NCBI RefSeq assembly: GCF_009834535.1
Contig: NC_045697.1
Location: 78,432,001-78,496,000 of the forward strand
Reading direction: 5' to 3'
Source: Camelus ferus
Lineage: Eukaryota
Length of the DNA stretch: 64,000 bases
Shown: positions 24,369 to 35,627 of the stretch, piece after piece
Position numbering within the stretch: the stretch's first letter is position 1
How the letters are laid out: each line of letters opens with the position of its first letter
Notes under the pieces: generated by a model
Told to the model about the DNA's origin: nothing
The model's input: only the letters and a program-made list of their open reading frames with translations
Database searches by the model: none
Made by a program: the position numbers and the translations under genes

Positions 24369-25249
24369 GCCATTTTGTGTTTTCATTTGTATAAACCAAA
24401 TGTGTGGCTTAGCTTATTGATTTTGTAATCAAGATATAGTTTACTGAAGTGTTTATAAAATGAACTTGTAAACACATGTTCTTTACTCATTCATTAATCC
24501 AACAAGCACCTCTTACATAGCCTGCCTTTTGCTGACGTCTAGGGAAGATTTAATTTGGGGGGAGTGGTAAATGTGGCAATGGTGGATGAGTGTAGATGGG
24601 CCATTGAAAAAATTTTTTCAAGATGTGAGGAGAAGACCCCATGTGGAAGAAGAGAAAAGGAAAATAAACTAACAATATAGTGATCATGTTTTTAAAACAA
24701 GGAGAGAATAAATAGTGGAAAACCAAGAGAGAAGTATATGCCTGAGGGAAAAAATAATACATGAGAGTTAGGAAACAGAATAAGAACAGACTCTACACAC
24801 TTTCACATACAATACCGAACTGCAGCCTCAAACAGTATTGTTATGAACTGGTATTATCTTTACTTAACAAATTAAGACTTTCAAATCCAATAGAATTAAA
24901 GTCTCATCCCAAGTCATGTACTTAAATATGCTCCAGAAGCAGGACTACACCTCCGTTTTGTCTGCCTGTTATTTCTTCCAAGTTCTCAGGGAGGAAGTTT
25001 AAGATACAGGGGGAAAGAGTAGTTTTCAAAGTGAGAAGCTACCTCTTTTTCTAGGGAAAGAGGATACATTTTCTGTGTGACAAAAGGCAGGGAGTTAAGG
25101 ATGTATATATCCAGGAGTGCCGTGGGAATGCTCTAGAACATTCTGGGAGCTAGAAGGACATCTAGAATGTCTGCTGTGGACAATAAGCTCCAAAAAGGGG
25201 ACGGGGAAAATGAGGAGTAGAAAAGGCTTTGAGCAATCAGAGACAGGTT

Positions 25250-25385
25250 GTACCTAGAAGCCATAGCTGTGTGTCGGGTAGGTCCACCTCTGTTCCAGAA
25301 TGCTCTGTAGTCTTCTAATACACATGCACACGTGCCTACAGACTACTGCTAACCAACCCTCTGAACTGCACAGCTAGCTTAAATT
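25250..25385 (+). pseudogene. EBLL fragment (L N-terminal region)
   Basis: EAIAV ~ EAILTV; NAL*SS ~ KTLYSS; RLLLTNPLNCTASL ~ RYALTNPRVRAQL (LTNP at 25349-25360). Confidence 0.6.
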
Positions 25386-25750
25386 CTTTAGCTTCTCTCA
25401 TTTATTTCTTTTTCATAAAATACAAATGAAATCTGTAGAGCAATTTTTGCCATCCCCCTTTTATAGTAGAGAAAACCTAAGTTTTGAGATACAAGTATTT
25501 TTAAATCATACATCTCTCAGTCCTGCTGTCCTGGAAGATGTGTTTTTATCTCTTATACAAGGATGGCCCTTCCAACTATATACTAGATCCTATGACTTCT
25601 GGATTTCCCCAAGGTTTATTTCCTTTAATTTTTTTTCAGCTTCTTCCTTGACCCTAGTCCTTTCTATCAGCATAGAAATGTGATCAGTCTCACCTCTTAT
25701 ATATTAAAGAAAAATGCTTTTCCTCAGTCTTGCTTCTATTTCTAGTTTTA

Positions 25751-27557
25751 TTTTTTATTTTATTTTTTTAATCCCTATAAATGGGAAATATAATTTATTT
25801 AATTACCTCACTTTTTTAACATTTTTTATTGAGTTATAGTCATTTTACAATGTTCTGTCAAATTCCACTGTAGAGCACAATTTTTCAATTATACATGAAC
25901 ATACATATATTCATTGGCACATTTTTTTTCGCTGTGAGCTACCACAAGATCTTGTATATATTTCCCTGTGCTATACAGTATAATCTTGTTTATCTATTCT
26001 GCATATGCCTGTCAGTATCTACAAATTTTGAAATCCCAGTCTGCCCCTTCCCACCCCCCACCCCCTTGGCAACCACAAGTTTGTATTCTATGTCTATGAG
26101 TCTGTTTCTGTTTTGTATTTTTGTTCTTTTTGTTGTTGTTGTTGTTAAGATTCCACATATGAGCGATCTCATATGGTATTTTTCTTTCTCTTCTGGCTTA
26201 CTTCACTTAGAATGACATTCTCCAGGGACATCCATATTGCTGCAAATGGCTTTATGTTGTCATTTTCATGGCTGAATAGTATTCCATTGTATAAATATAC
26301 CACTTCTTCTTTATCCAGTCATCTGTTGATGGATATTGACACTGTTTCCATGTCTTGGCTATTGTAAATAGTGCTGCTATGAACATTGGGGTGCAGGTGT
26401 CTTTTTGAAGGAGGGTTCCTTCTGGATATATGCCCAGGGGGATTCCTGGGTCATATAGTAAGTCTATTCCTAGTCTTTTGAGGAATCTCCATACTGTTTT
26501 CTGCACCAAACTGCATTCCCACCAACAGTGTAGGAGGGTTCCCTTTTCTCCATAGCCTCTCCAGCATTTGTCATTTGTGGACTTTTGAATGATGGCCATT
26601 CTGACTGGTGTGAGGTGATACCTCATGGTAGTTTTGATTTGCATTTCTCTGATAGTGATATTGAGCATTTTTTTAAAAAAATGGAAAGATATTCCATGCT
26701 CCTGGATTGAAAGAATCAATATTGTTAAAATGGTCATACTGCCCAAGGCAATCTACAGATTTAATGCAATCCCTATCAAATTACCCAGAACATATTTCAC
26801 AGAACTAGAACAAGTCATAATAAAATTTATAGGGAATCACAAAAGACCTAGAATTGCCAAAGCATTACTGAAGAAAAAGAAAGGCTCAAGGAATAACTCT
26901 CCCAGACTTCAGACAATACTATAGTGCTACAGTAATCAAGACAGCATGGTATTGGTACAAAAACAGACATATAGACCAATGGAACAGAATAGAGAGCCCA
27001 GAAATGAACCCACAAACTTTTGGTCAACTAATCTTCAACAAAGGAGGCAAGAGTATACAATGGAGTAAAGACAGTCTCTTCAACAAATGGTGTTGGGAAA
27101 ACTGGACAGCAGCATGTTAAACAATGAAGCTAGAACACTCCCTTACACAATACACAAAAATAAACTCAAAATGGATCAAAGACTTAAACATAAGACAAGA
27201 TACAATAAACCTCCTAGAAGAAAATATAGGCAAAATATTATCTTATATACATCTCAAAAATGTTCTCCTATGGCAGTCTACCCAAGCAATAGAAATTAAA
27301 GCAAGAATAAACAAATGGGACCTAATTAAACTTACAACCTTCTGCACAGCAAAGGACACCATAAGTAAAACAAAACGACAACTTACGGAATGGAAGAAAA
27401 TTTTTGCAAATGATGAAACCGACAAAGGCTTGATCTCCAGAATATATAAGTATCTCATATGATATAATAAAGAAAAAACAAGCAACCCAATCCAAAAATG
27501 GGCAGAAGACCTAAACAAGCAATTCTCCGAGGAAGAAATACAAATGATCAATAGGTA
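25751..27557 (-). mobile_element. Twin-primed (5'-inverted) L1 with 3' transduction
   Basis: Minus-strand 3' part at 25812-26674 and inverted plus-strand ORF2 part at 26675-27557. 14-bp TSD TATTTCTAGTTTTA at 25737-25750 and 27558-27571. Confidence 0.95.
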
Positions 27558-27628
27558 TATTTCTAGTTTTAAATCCCTCTATCTGTTAGTGGGCATCAGA
27601 ATAGTGGTTGAGAATATCTGACTTGAGT

Positions 27629-28095
27629 TTGCAGCAACATGGATGGACCTAGAGATTATCATAATAAGTAAAGTCAGGCAGAGAAAAACAAATATCATAT
27701 GTTATCACTTATATGTGAAATCTAAAAAATTGACATAGATGAACTTATTTACAAAACAGAAACAGACTCACAGACATAGAGAATAAACTTATGGTTACCA
27801 AAGGGGAAGAGGGGTATAAATTAGGATTTGGGAATTAGCAGATACAAACTACTATATATAAAGTAGATAAACAACAAAAACCTAGTGTATAGCACAGAGA
27901 ATTATGTTCAATTTCTTGTAATGAGCTGTAATGGAGAAGAAATTAAAAATATGTAAGTATGTATGTGTATGTATAACTGAATTTCTTTGCTGTACTCCTG
28001 AAACTAACTTTATGTATTGACTACATTTCAATTAAAAATAAGAATTTTTTAAAAACTTGAAAATAACAGTGAAAAAAGTATACATCGCTAAAAAA
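27629..28095 (+). mobile_element. Older L1 3' fragment inserted in a MIR
   Basis: TTTGCAGCAACATGGATGGACCTAGAG...CAATTAAAA. Diverged TSD starting AGAATATCT at 27611 and 28096; MIR sequence on both sides. Confidence 0.88.
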
Positions 28096-28299
28096 AGAAT
28101 ATCTAATTCAGTAACTGGGAGTTTAGGCATATTTCTTAACTTTCAAAAGCCTCAGTTTTATCACTATTATGTGAGATTAGCAGTACTTATTTTATTGAGA
28201 TTTTTATGATTCAATGGATTAGTTACTACAGAGCTTTTGGCAAAGAACCTGGCACATGGTAACCACTCAAAAGGCTTAATCATATAATAATAATTATTA

Positions 28300-30075
28300 T
28301 TATACTAATTCACAGATAAGTTTCTTGGAAATGAAATCTCTACATGCAATCTCCATTTCTTCAGTGTCCTATTTACTCTTTAATTTAATCAACATCACCT
28401 AAAGGCTACATTAAAATTCTTCTCACTAAAGTTGCTGATGCCTTTCAAATTAAAATGATTTATTGGACATTTTTATATTCTCCAGCTTGACCTTTCTACA
28501 GCTTTGAGCCTAATGACTGCTACCTCTTTTGAAAAACTCATCTACCTTGGTTTCTATGATACTAATCTTTTTTTTTTTTTCAGCCTTTTTCCTGTTTCTC
28601 CAGAAACTTCATAGTCCTTTTCTTGAGTCTTCTTTCCTTTCCTTTCCTTTTTTTTTTTAATTTGGATGCCCTACAAGTGTTTCTTTACATCTTTGCTCTC
28701 TTAACCTTGTATGTTCTCTTTATGCTAAATTTCAGATCTTCCCAGGCTCTGATGACTTCCAAATCTTTGCAACCTAAATTCTATTTATTGTACCCCATTC
28801 ACTGTGGAACGTTTCCACTTGGATCTCCTATTGCCATCTGAAATGCAACATGCCCATACTTAATAAAAATATTTCCTTAATAATAATATTCCCTTTTCTC
28901 ATCCTGAAGCATTCTTTTTATTGTACTTCCTTACTTTTTGAGAAACCAAGACAGAAACCTGGATAAAATTGTAGTCACCGCTCTCATACCTCGAGAGCAG
29001 CCAAGTTATAGAGACCCTACCTTCCACATAGTCCCTTTTGTCTTTACTGAAGTATAGTTGATTTACGATGTGTTAGTTTCTGGGGTTCAGCAAAGTGATT
29101 CAGTTATACATATACATATATATATATATTTATATATATATATGTTGTTTTTTATATTCTTTTTCATTATAGGTTATTACAAGATATTGAATGTAGTTCC
29201 CTGTGCTTTAGAGTAGGTCCTTATTTTTCATCTAGTTTACATGTAGTAGTGTGTATCTGCTGATCCCAAACTCCTAATTTATCCCTCCCCCCCTTTCCTC
29301 TTTGGTGACCATACATTTGTTTTCTATGTGTTTGAGTCTCTTTCAGTTTCTTAAATAACTTCACCTGCATCATTTTTTAGATTCCACATAAAAGTGCTAT
29401 CATATGATATTTGTTTTTCTCTGTCTGACTTACTTCACTTACTACGATCATCTCTAGGTCCATCCGCACATCCTTTTTTAAGGCCAACCCTTCCTTTCCA
29501 TCCTACCCATTGACAAGGCCTCTGGCCTTTCCATTAAACTTTTACAGCTTTTCTCTGCTTCTAGTCTTTCAGTTTACCCTCCACACTGCTCACAGAGTAA
29601 TCTTTTAACTAAAAATCTTAAATTATTTTCATATCAGAGAGGAAGAAGAATCCTGAAAGTACTAAGGCTAATGCACAAGGCCTTTAATCCTCTGCCCCAC
29701 CTCACCTGCCACCCTGCCCTGACCTACTTCTCCAATTCCTCTCCTCTTTCATTTCTTCTATGGTCTCTTGTTGGAGGTAGTCTTAGCCCCTTTACTTTCT
29801 CTCTAGCTCTATCCTGCCATTTTTCAAACTTAACTCAAGAATTTTGTTCTCTAGAGAGCTTCTCTAATCCTCCCCATGCTGCAGTACAATTTAGATGTCT
29901 CTGCTCTGTATTCCAGTGGCACCTTGTGCATACAGCCATAACAAAACCCAGTTATTCCCCAACTGAAATCCCTATCAGCAGTCTCACATTAGACCACAGA
30001 GTTCCCGAGGATGGGTGTCATCTTTAGAATCCCAGCAATTAGCTCACTACCTGACAGACCATCGCCGCTCAATAT
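28300..30075 (+). mobile_element. L2 fragments
   Basis: Pyrimidine-rich L2 body ending near CTCAATATTC. Confidence 0.75.
29035..29465 (-). mobile_element. Older L1 3' fragment within L2
   Basis: TGAAGTATAGTTGATTTAC...TTAGATTCCACATA...CTAGGTCCATCC. Confidence 0.88.
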
Positions 30076-30084
30076 TCATTTACA

Positions 30085-31470
30085 AAGATGACAATTCACA
30101 AGCAAGTCTGTTGCTTTTCCTGTTGTATCATGTGGCCTGTATAGAACTATGCATTTATAGGGAGTGCTTTAGTACTGTGTGCACACTAAATAGTTCTCAA
30201 AGGTGTTTAAACATTGACTTGAGAGTCCTGTCCCTATATTACTATTAAACTACTATCTTACCCTACCTATTTAAATTCATTGAACTTCATTTTTTATATC
30301 CATTGAATCAGGAGATTAAACCAGCTACTTTTTAGTTACTCTGTAAAAACTTAAATTCCTTACAATATTTATTTTATTGTTTAATTAATTGAGTGATTCT
30401 AAATTATATAAAGATATATGAAATAGTGGGAGGGTGTGTGTCCTGCTGAGTATATTCCTCTATTTCCACCTTTATTTTGTTTACCTTTCCTTTTCCATTT
30501 ACTGACACATTCATGCCATTTTCCAATCTAAGAGTATAGCACCTTATTTATATGTAATAGCAACATCATAAATTGCTTGATCTATTGAAAACAATAAACT
30601 AAATATGTTACAGAAAAGAAACTGGGGCCTTTCATTGGTTTTATCTCTTTCAAGATGACAGGTGATCTCGGGAGGGCAGAGAATTCTTAGTTGTATGAGT
30701 TTGTGACTAATAGGTGGTTTGATGTGACAAAAGCTGGCTGTCTTGGGAAATTGAACTCTCTTTATGCTCGATACCCTTTGTGTCTCATTCTTTGTAGGTT
30801 ATTGTTGGAGGCCTGCGGGGACCTCTTTTACAGTTTGCATTCAGAGGCAATATGAGATCAGCAAGAACTCTGGAGTTTTACTGTCATTATTGATCTGCTG
30901 CCGTTCCATTCGGTAGCTAATTTGCTTGTTAGCAGTTATTTTAAAAGCTATTTATATTTTTAGCATGATCTATGTTATGTACTAAATTTTTTTTGCCAAA
31001 TTAAACAAAGTAGTGCAACCTAGTACTAATAGACTACTTTATGCTAAATATTTTCTGATTTGTGGCTTGTGAATAATCATTTCAAAATTGCAAATATATT
31101 ACTGTGAGTTTGATATCTTTGGTAAGTTCAAACAAAAGAAAAATAGTGAATGTATTCACCAGAAAATATCATTTGTTAAATACCTCTTGGCCAATGAAAC
31201 TTTTTATATATAAATAGAAGGAAGGGTGATGTATTAGGAATTCATGAACACTGTTCCTGAAGTTGGGATTTATTTGAAGTCGAACACTCAATAAGTGTGC
31301 GAGTTGATTGACTGATTCTCGGTTCTGACAGTGACCAGAAGGCACCCTTTTTATTCAGACCAACTGTTGACAGACAAAAAGCCTATTACTGCTTCTCTGG
31401 AAAAGGTGTGCTTCCACTTCCTGAAGCCAGTTTGACACATATGTGAGTGGAATGTGTGCAAGTGTGTGTG
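30085..31470 (+). pseudogene. EBLL fragments covering RdRp pre-motif A and motifs A-D
   Basis: DNSQASLL ~ DNIPALL; ELCIYRECFS ~ ELKVKGRFFS; ILPYL (30255) ~ VMPYL; FVTN..D..CLG..PLC..CGDLF (30700-30830) ~ FVINLD..CNG..PIC..CGYFF; EG..MY*..*TL ~ EGMRQKLWTI; SWDLFEV..ISV..ILGSDSDQ (31261-31338) ~ CWEIIAL..INV..ILGQGDNQ; DQLLTDK ~ NQLLAER; HFLK ~ HNLK. Confidence 0.82.
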
Positions 31471-31739
31471 TCCCCACCGCAACCACAATGCCTAAATAGA
31501 GAAAATCCATAGCTCCAGGAGAAACCAATAAAAAACAAGCAAAAAAAAAAAAAGAGCAGGCTAACACAATATGACATTGCCTCCAATTTAAATATGCCAA
31601 ATAAATAGAACATACTTGGGGTAATTGTGATTGTATAGCTGAGGTTGATACAGGTATATACATTGCGTATATATATATCCTCTTGCCAAAAAAGATGAAA
31701 CCAACATTCCAAGTATGCGCACTTGCGCTGATGTTAATG

Positions 31740-31754
31740 CTGCCCCCTACTGGC
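31740..31754 (-). promoter_or_regulatory. CTCF binding motif
   Basis: Minus strand GCCAGTAGGGGGCAG matches the CTCF core consensus CCASYAGRKGGCR. Locally CpG-retaining context. Confidence 0.75.
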
Positions 31755-33084
31755 GGGGTAGGGATGGGTAGCGTTATCAAGCTTAGAAATGTAAAGGCGT
31801 AGATTTTGATCCTCAGGCAATGAAAGGAACAGGACGTGTGGAGTTGCCATAGCATGACAAAGCGTAACTGAAAACGTTGCGTAAAATTTGAAGCATCAAA
31901 GTAGCTGTAAAGACACTAGAGGCCAGAAAAAAGTTCCTATGAGAATTCACTGCATGCACACTCACATATTCCAAACTAAGAAACAAACAACAGGAACAAC
32001 AACAAAAATGGTCTCTGGGTAGTGATGCCTGGCAGACGCGAATGTAAAATTGTTCTGGAGATGACTTGCACAGTTTAGGGCATAAGGGATTATCTCAAAA
32101 AAATAGAGACACTACAGAAAAGAAGATTTGGTTGCGGAAGGGAAGGAAATAGAATTTCTAGAAGTGAAAAGTTACCCAAGGAGATAGAAATATCAATGGA
32201 AGTGTTTAAAAAGAGATCAGAATCATCTGAAGAAAGTCAGAAAAGTGAAGGAGTGATTTGAGGAAATTACTGACATTGTAGCATAACTATAATTAATTAT
32301 ACTAATAAATTAACGAATAAAAACATATAAATAAAACCACAGTCTGTGGATTGCACTGTGATATTTGCATCCCACAAAAATTACAAAAAAAAATTGGCGT
32401 GCAGAATAGTCACAGGGCCTCTGCAACTCATTAAGGAAGGGTTGAACAGCTCATAGAAAATAGGAGGAGAATATGAGCAGGAAATTCAGAGGAGGAAACC
32501 AAGCAGACAATAAGATAAAAAATATGTCCAACCTTAATAGTAACCAAACTAATTAATATGAAATAATACAACATGAAGTTTCATACCTCTCAGAGCAACA
32601 GTACTAAGACGTTGGCAATGGGGGATGGGGTGGAAGTGGGAATTCATAGAACTTAAATGATTGCAACGGCTTTAGAGAGCAATTAGGCAGCATCTTTATA
32701 GTCAAGATAATAAAATGTTGCTCAAGCTGTGTATGTGTGTGCATGTATGCGTGTATAGAAAAAAGTATTTTCAGGTACATATTCTGTCATATATAGAATA
32801 ATGCATAAAACTAAAGTATATGCTTAGTAAAGGGCTGTCACTCTGACATTTTTAAAGCGGGCATGTCCCTTTAAGAATGCTTTAGATAAATAACCACAAT
32901 TACTGGAAAGAATCATTTGCATAAATGGGGCTCTCATTTTAGAATAGATTCTACTTGGATAGCTACATTAAGTCAGGCCTAAGTACAAAGCTTAGGAAAT
33001 TCTTGTGACTATATGATTTCTAAAAAGTTGTCACAGACCCAAGAATCATGTAGTTTAACACATGTATTAATGGATGTTGGTTTT

Positions 33085-33270
33085 TTTCAGCTAAATATTT
33101 ATTGAAGTATAGCTGATGTACGATATTACATAAGTTAAAGATGTACAATATAGTGATTCACAATTTTTAAAGGTTATACTTCATTTATAGTTATTATAAA
33201 ATTTGGCTATATTCCCCGTGTTGTATAATATATCCTTGTTGCTTATTTTATACTTAATAGTTGGTACAAA
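33085..33270 (-). mobile_element. L1MA-like 3' end fragment
   Basis: TTATTGAAGTATAG..TTATAAAATTTGGCTATATTCCCCGTGTTG. Confidence 0.8.
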
Positions 33271-33399
33271 ACATTCATGCAAATAAAGACTGCTAAATTC
33301 CATGTACAGTACCATCGCAAATAATCCACCCGTAAACATGCCTTCCCACTCGAATTGCTTCTCTTCTGTACCTGTTCTTTCATCTTCTCATCTGGAAGA

Positions 33400-34330
33400 G
33401 AAATAATTCTTTTTTCCAAATGCTAGCTTTGACCTCTGTCATTTGAATTCCAAGATGAAGAGGGATTATAGAGAGTTCCTAAACTTTGTTTCTTTTGAGA
33501 AACTTTTTCCCCACTCTGGGCTTTCAAACATGTCCAGCTCATTCTTTGGAAGAATAAGAAGGAACATAAACTTCATTTGTATCTATTAACTATGTAATCT
33601 GTTCTCTTTCTTTCATTTACTTCTTTTCTAAACTAGGGAGGACCTAATTTTAATGACAACAAAGTTTTAGTGAAACATAAGATAAAACTGAGCAAACAAT
33701 GTTTTAAAATGCTAAGTTATGGTAAATGTTTAAAGCCTAGATTTCCTAGGGAAATTTTAAAATACCTAGATCTGTTGTATAGTTCTGTCTTCCCTGGGTA
33801 GGACTTAAAAATACTTACTCCCGCTTTGGGTCTGGTTAAATAGGCAGATACCTCAATGGAAACTGTATTTGAGGATCTGCCAGAGCTTTAAACTGGTTTA
33901 TTCACATTCCTGCAGGTTCAGAACGACGTTTATGTGCTATGAGGGCACGGGTAGTATGGAGGGAGTCAATTTTTTAAATCCTCCCCTATGATATTTACTC
34001 TTTTCTAAAGCTGATCTGTTGTAGAACAAGCCTGGAACTGAAGCATCTCACAGATTCTCGTTTCTTACATTTTTTCAGTTACCCTTTCCACACTCTACAA
34101 AGTAAGACACACCTCTCACCCATCCTGACTCTTAATAAGATACCGTGGCAAGAGGTATATAAGAAGGCACAAATCAATATTTAGGTACCTGGCAGAGCCC
34201 TCTTTATCAAGACATGAACAAAACATGGTATGACTTCATATCTTTCTGTGTCTTATACACATGCCTGTTAAGGCTGAATTATGCCATTAGAAAGAGGCTA
34301 TCTGGGTTCATGTCGGGATATGGTGAACTA
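33400..34330 (+). pseudogene. EBLL fragments (after motif D)
   Basis: FFPNASFDLCHLNS (33410-33451) ~ LFPNLYSKLACLTS; LYSSVFPG*D..LGLV (33775-33840) ~ LPSVFFRGMSD..LALL; ERRL ~ ERQI; PGTE ~ PLTE; VARGI ~ VAYGL; MTSYL ~ MQPYL; RDMV ~ RDLV. Confidence 0.75.
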
Positions 34331-35627
34331 GATATACTGTATGGCAGTGATGGCATCTTCATTTAAGGGTCTCACTTGCTTCGTCCCTCAACATGGTAAA
34401 AGAATGCAGAGTTTCTGAGAGAATACCCTGAGGGCAAGAGGGAGCTTCAGTAAGAAATATGACGTGCCGTTTCTATCTGTCTATATCTCTCTTTTTAAGT
34501 TCTGCCTACATTTTCACTTTTATTTTTTCACTAAATCTTTTATTATGTACATTTCAGAGGTACAGCATTATAATTGGACATCCATATATGTCACAAAGTG
34601 ATCACCGCCACAAGTCTGGCATCACCATAAAGTGGACCCTCTTCATTCATTTTGCCCACACCCCAACACCCTTCCACTCTAGTAACCACCAATCTGTTCT
34701 CTGTATCTATGAGTTTGTTTTTGTTTTATTTTGCTTTTCATTTTTGTTTTTTTTTTACATTCCACATTTATGTGAAACCATATAGTATTTGTCTTTATCC
34801 ATCTGACATACTTCACTTAGCATAATACCTTCAAGGTCCACCCATGTTGACTCAAATGGCAGGATTTCATTCTTTTTTATAGCTGAGTAGTATTCCATTT
34901 TATATAAGACTCCAGACTAAATCTGGAGGGGTAAATGTATGTATGCATATATATTCTATTGAAAATAATGCTGCACCCAGAAGTGCAATTGCTGGATTTC
35001 ATGTTAGTTCTATTCTTAATTTTAGAGAATTAGATTTACTTAGAAAAGAATCTCCACACTGTCTTTCCTAGTGGCTACACCAATTTACAGTCCTACCAAC
35101 AGTGCACAAAGGGATTCCCTTTTCTCCATATCCTCTCCAACATTTCTTATTTTTTGTCTTTCTAAAAATAACCATTCCCACAGCTGTATGGTAACATTTC
35201 CTTGTTGTTCTGATTTGTATTTCCCTAATTAGTGATGTTGAACACCTTTTCATGTGCCTGCCACCTGTATGTCTTTTTTGGAAAAATATTCAGATCCTCT
35301 GATCATTTTTTTTAACATTTTTTATTGATTTATAATCATTTTACAATGTTGTGTCAAATTCCAGTGTTCAGCACAATTTTTCAGTTATTCATGGACATAT
35401 ACACACTCATTGTCACATTTTTTTCTCTGTGAGTTATCATAACATTTTGTGTATATTTCCCTGTGCTATACAGTGTAGTCTATTCTACAATTTTGAAATC
35501 CCAGTCTATCCCTTCCCACCCTCCACCCCCCTGGTAACCACAAGTCTGTATTCTCTGTCTGTGAGTCTATTTCTGTCCTTTATTTATGCTTTGTTTTTGT
35601 TTGTTTGTTTGTTTTTGTTTTTGTTTT

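Noticed and set aside
31355..31855. 166-aa minus-strand ORF
   Set aside because: Non-ATG start, low-complexity content and no domain similarity.
34910..34928. CTCCAGA-N5-TCTGGAG hairpin in filler sequence inside the old L1
   Set aside because: A 7-bp stem is expected by chance in 64 kb.
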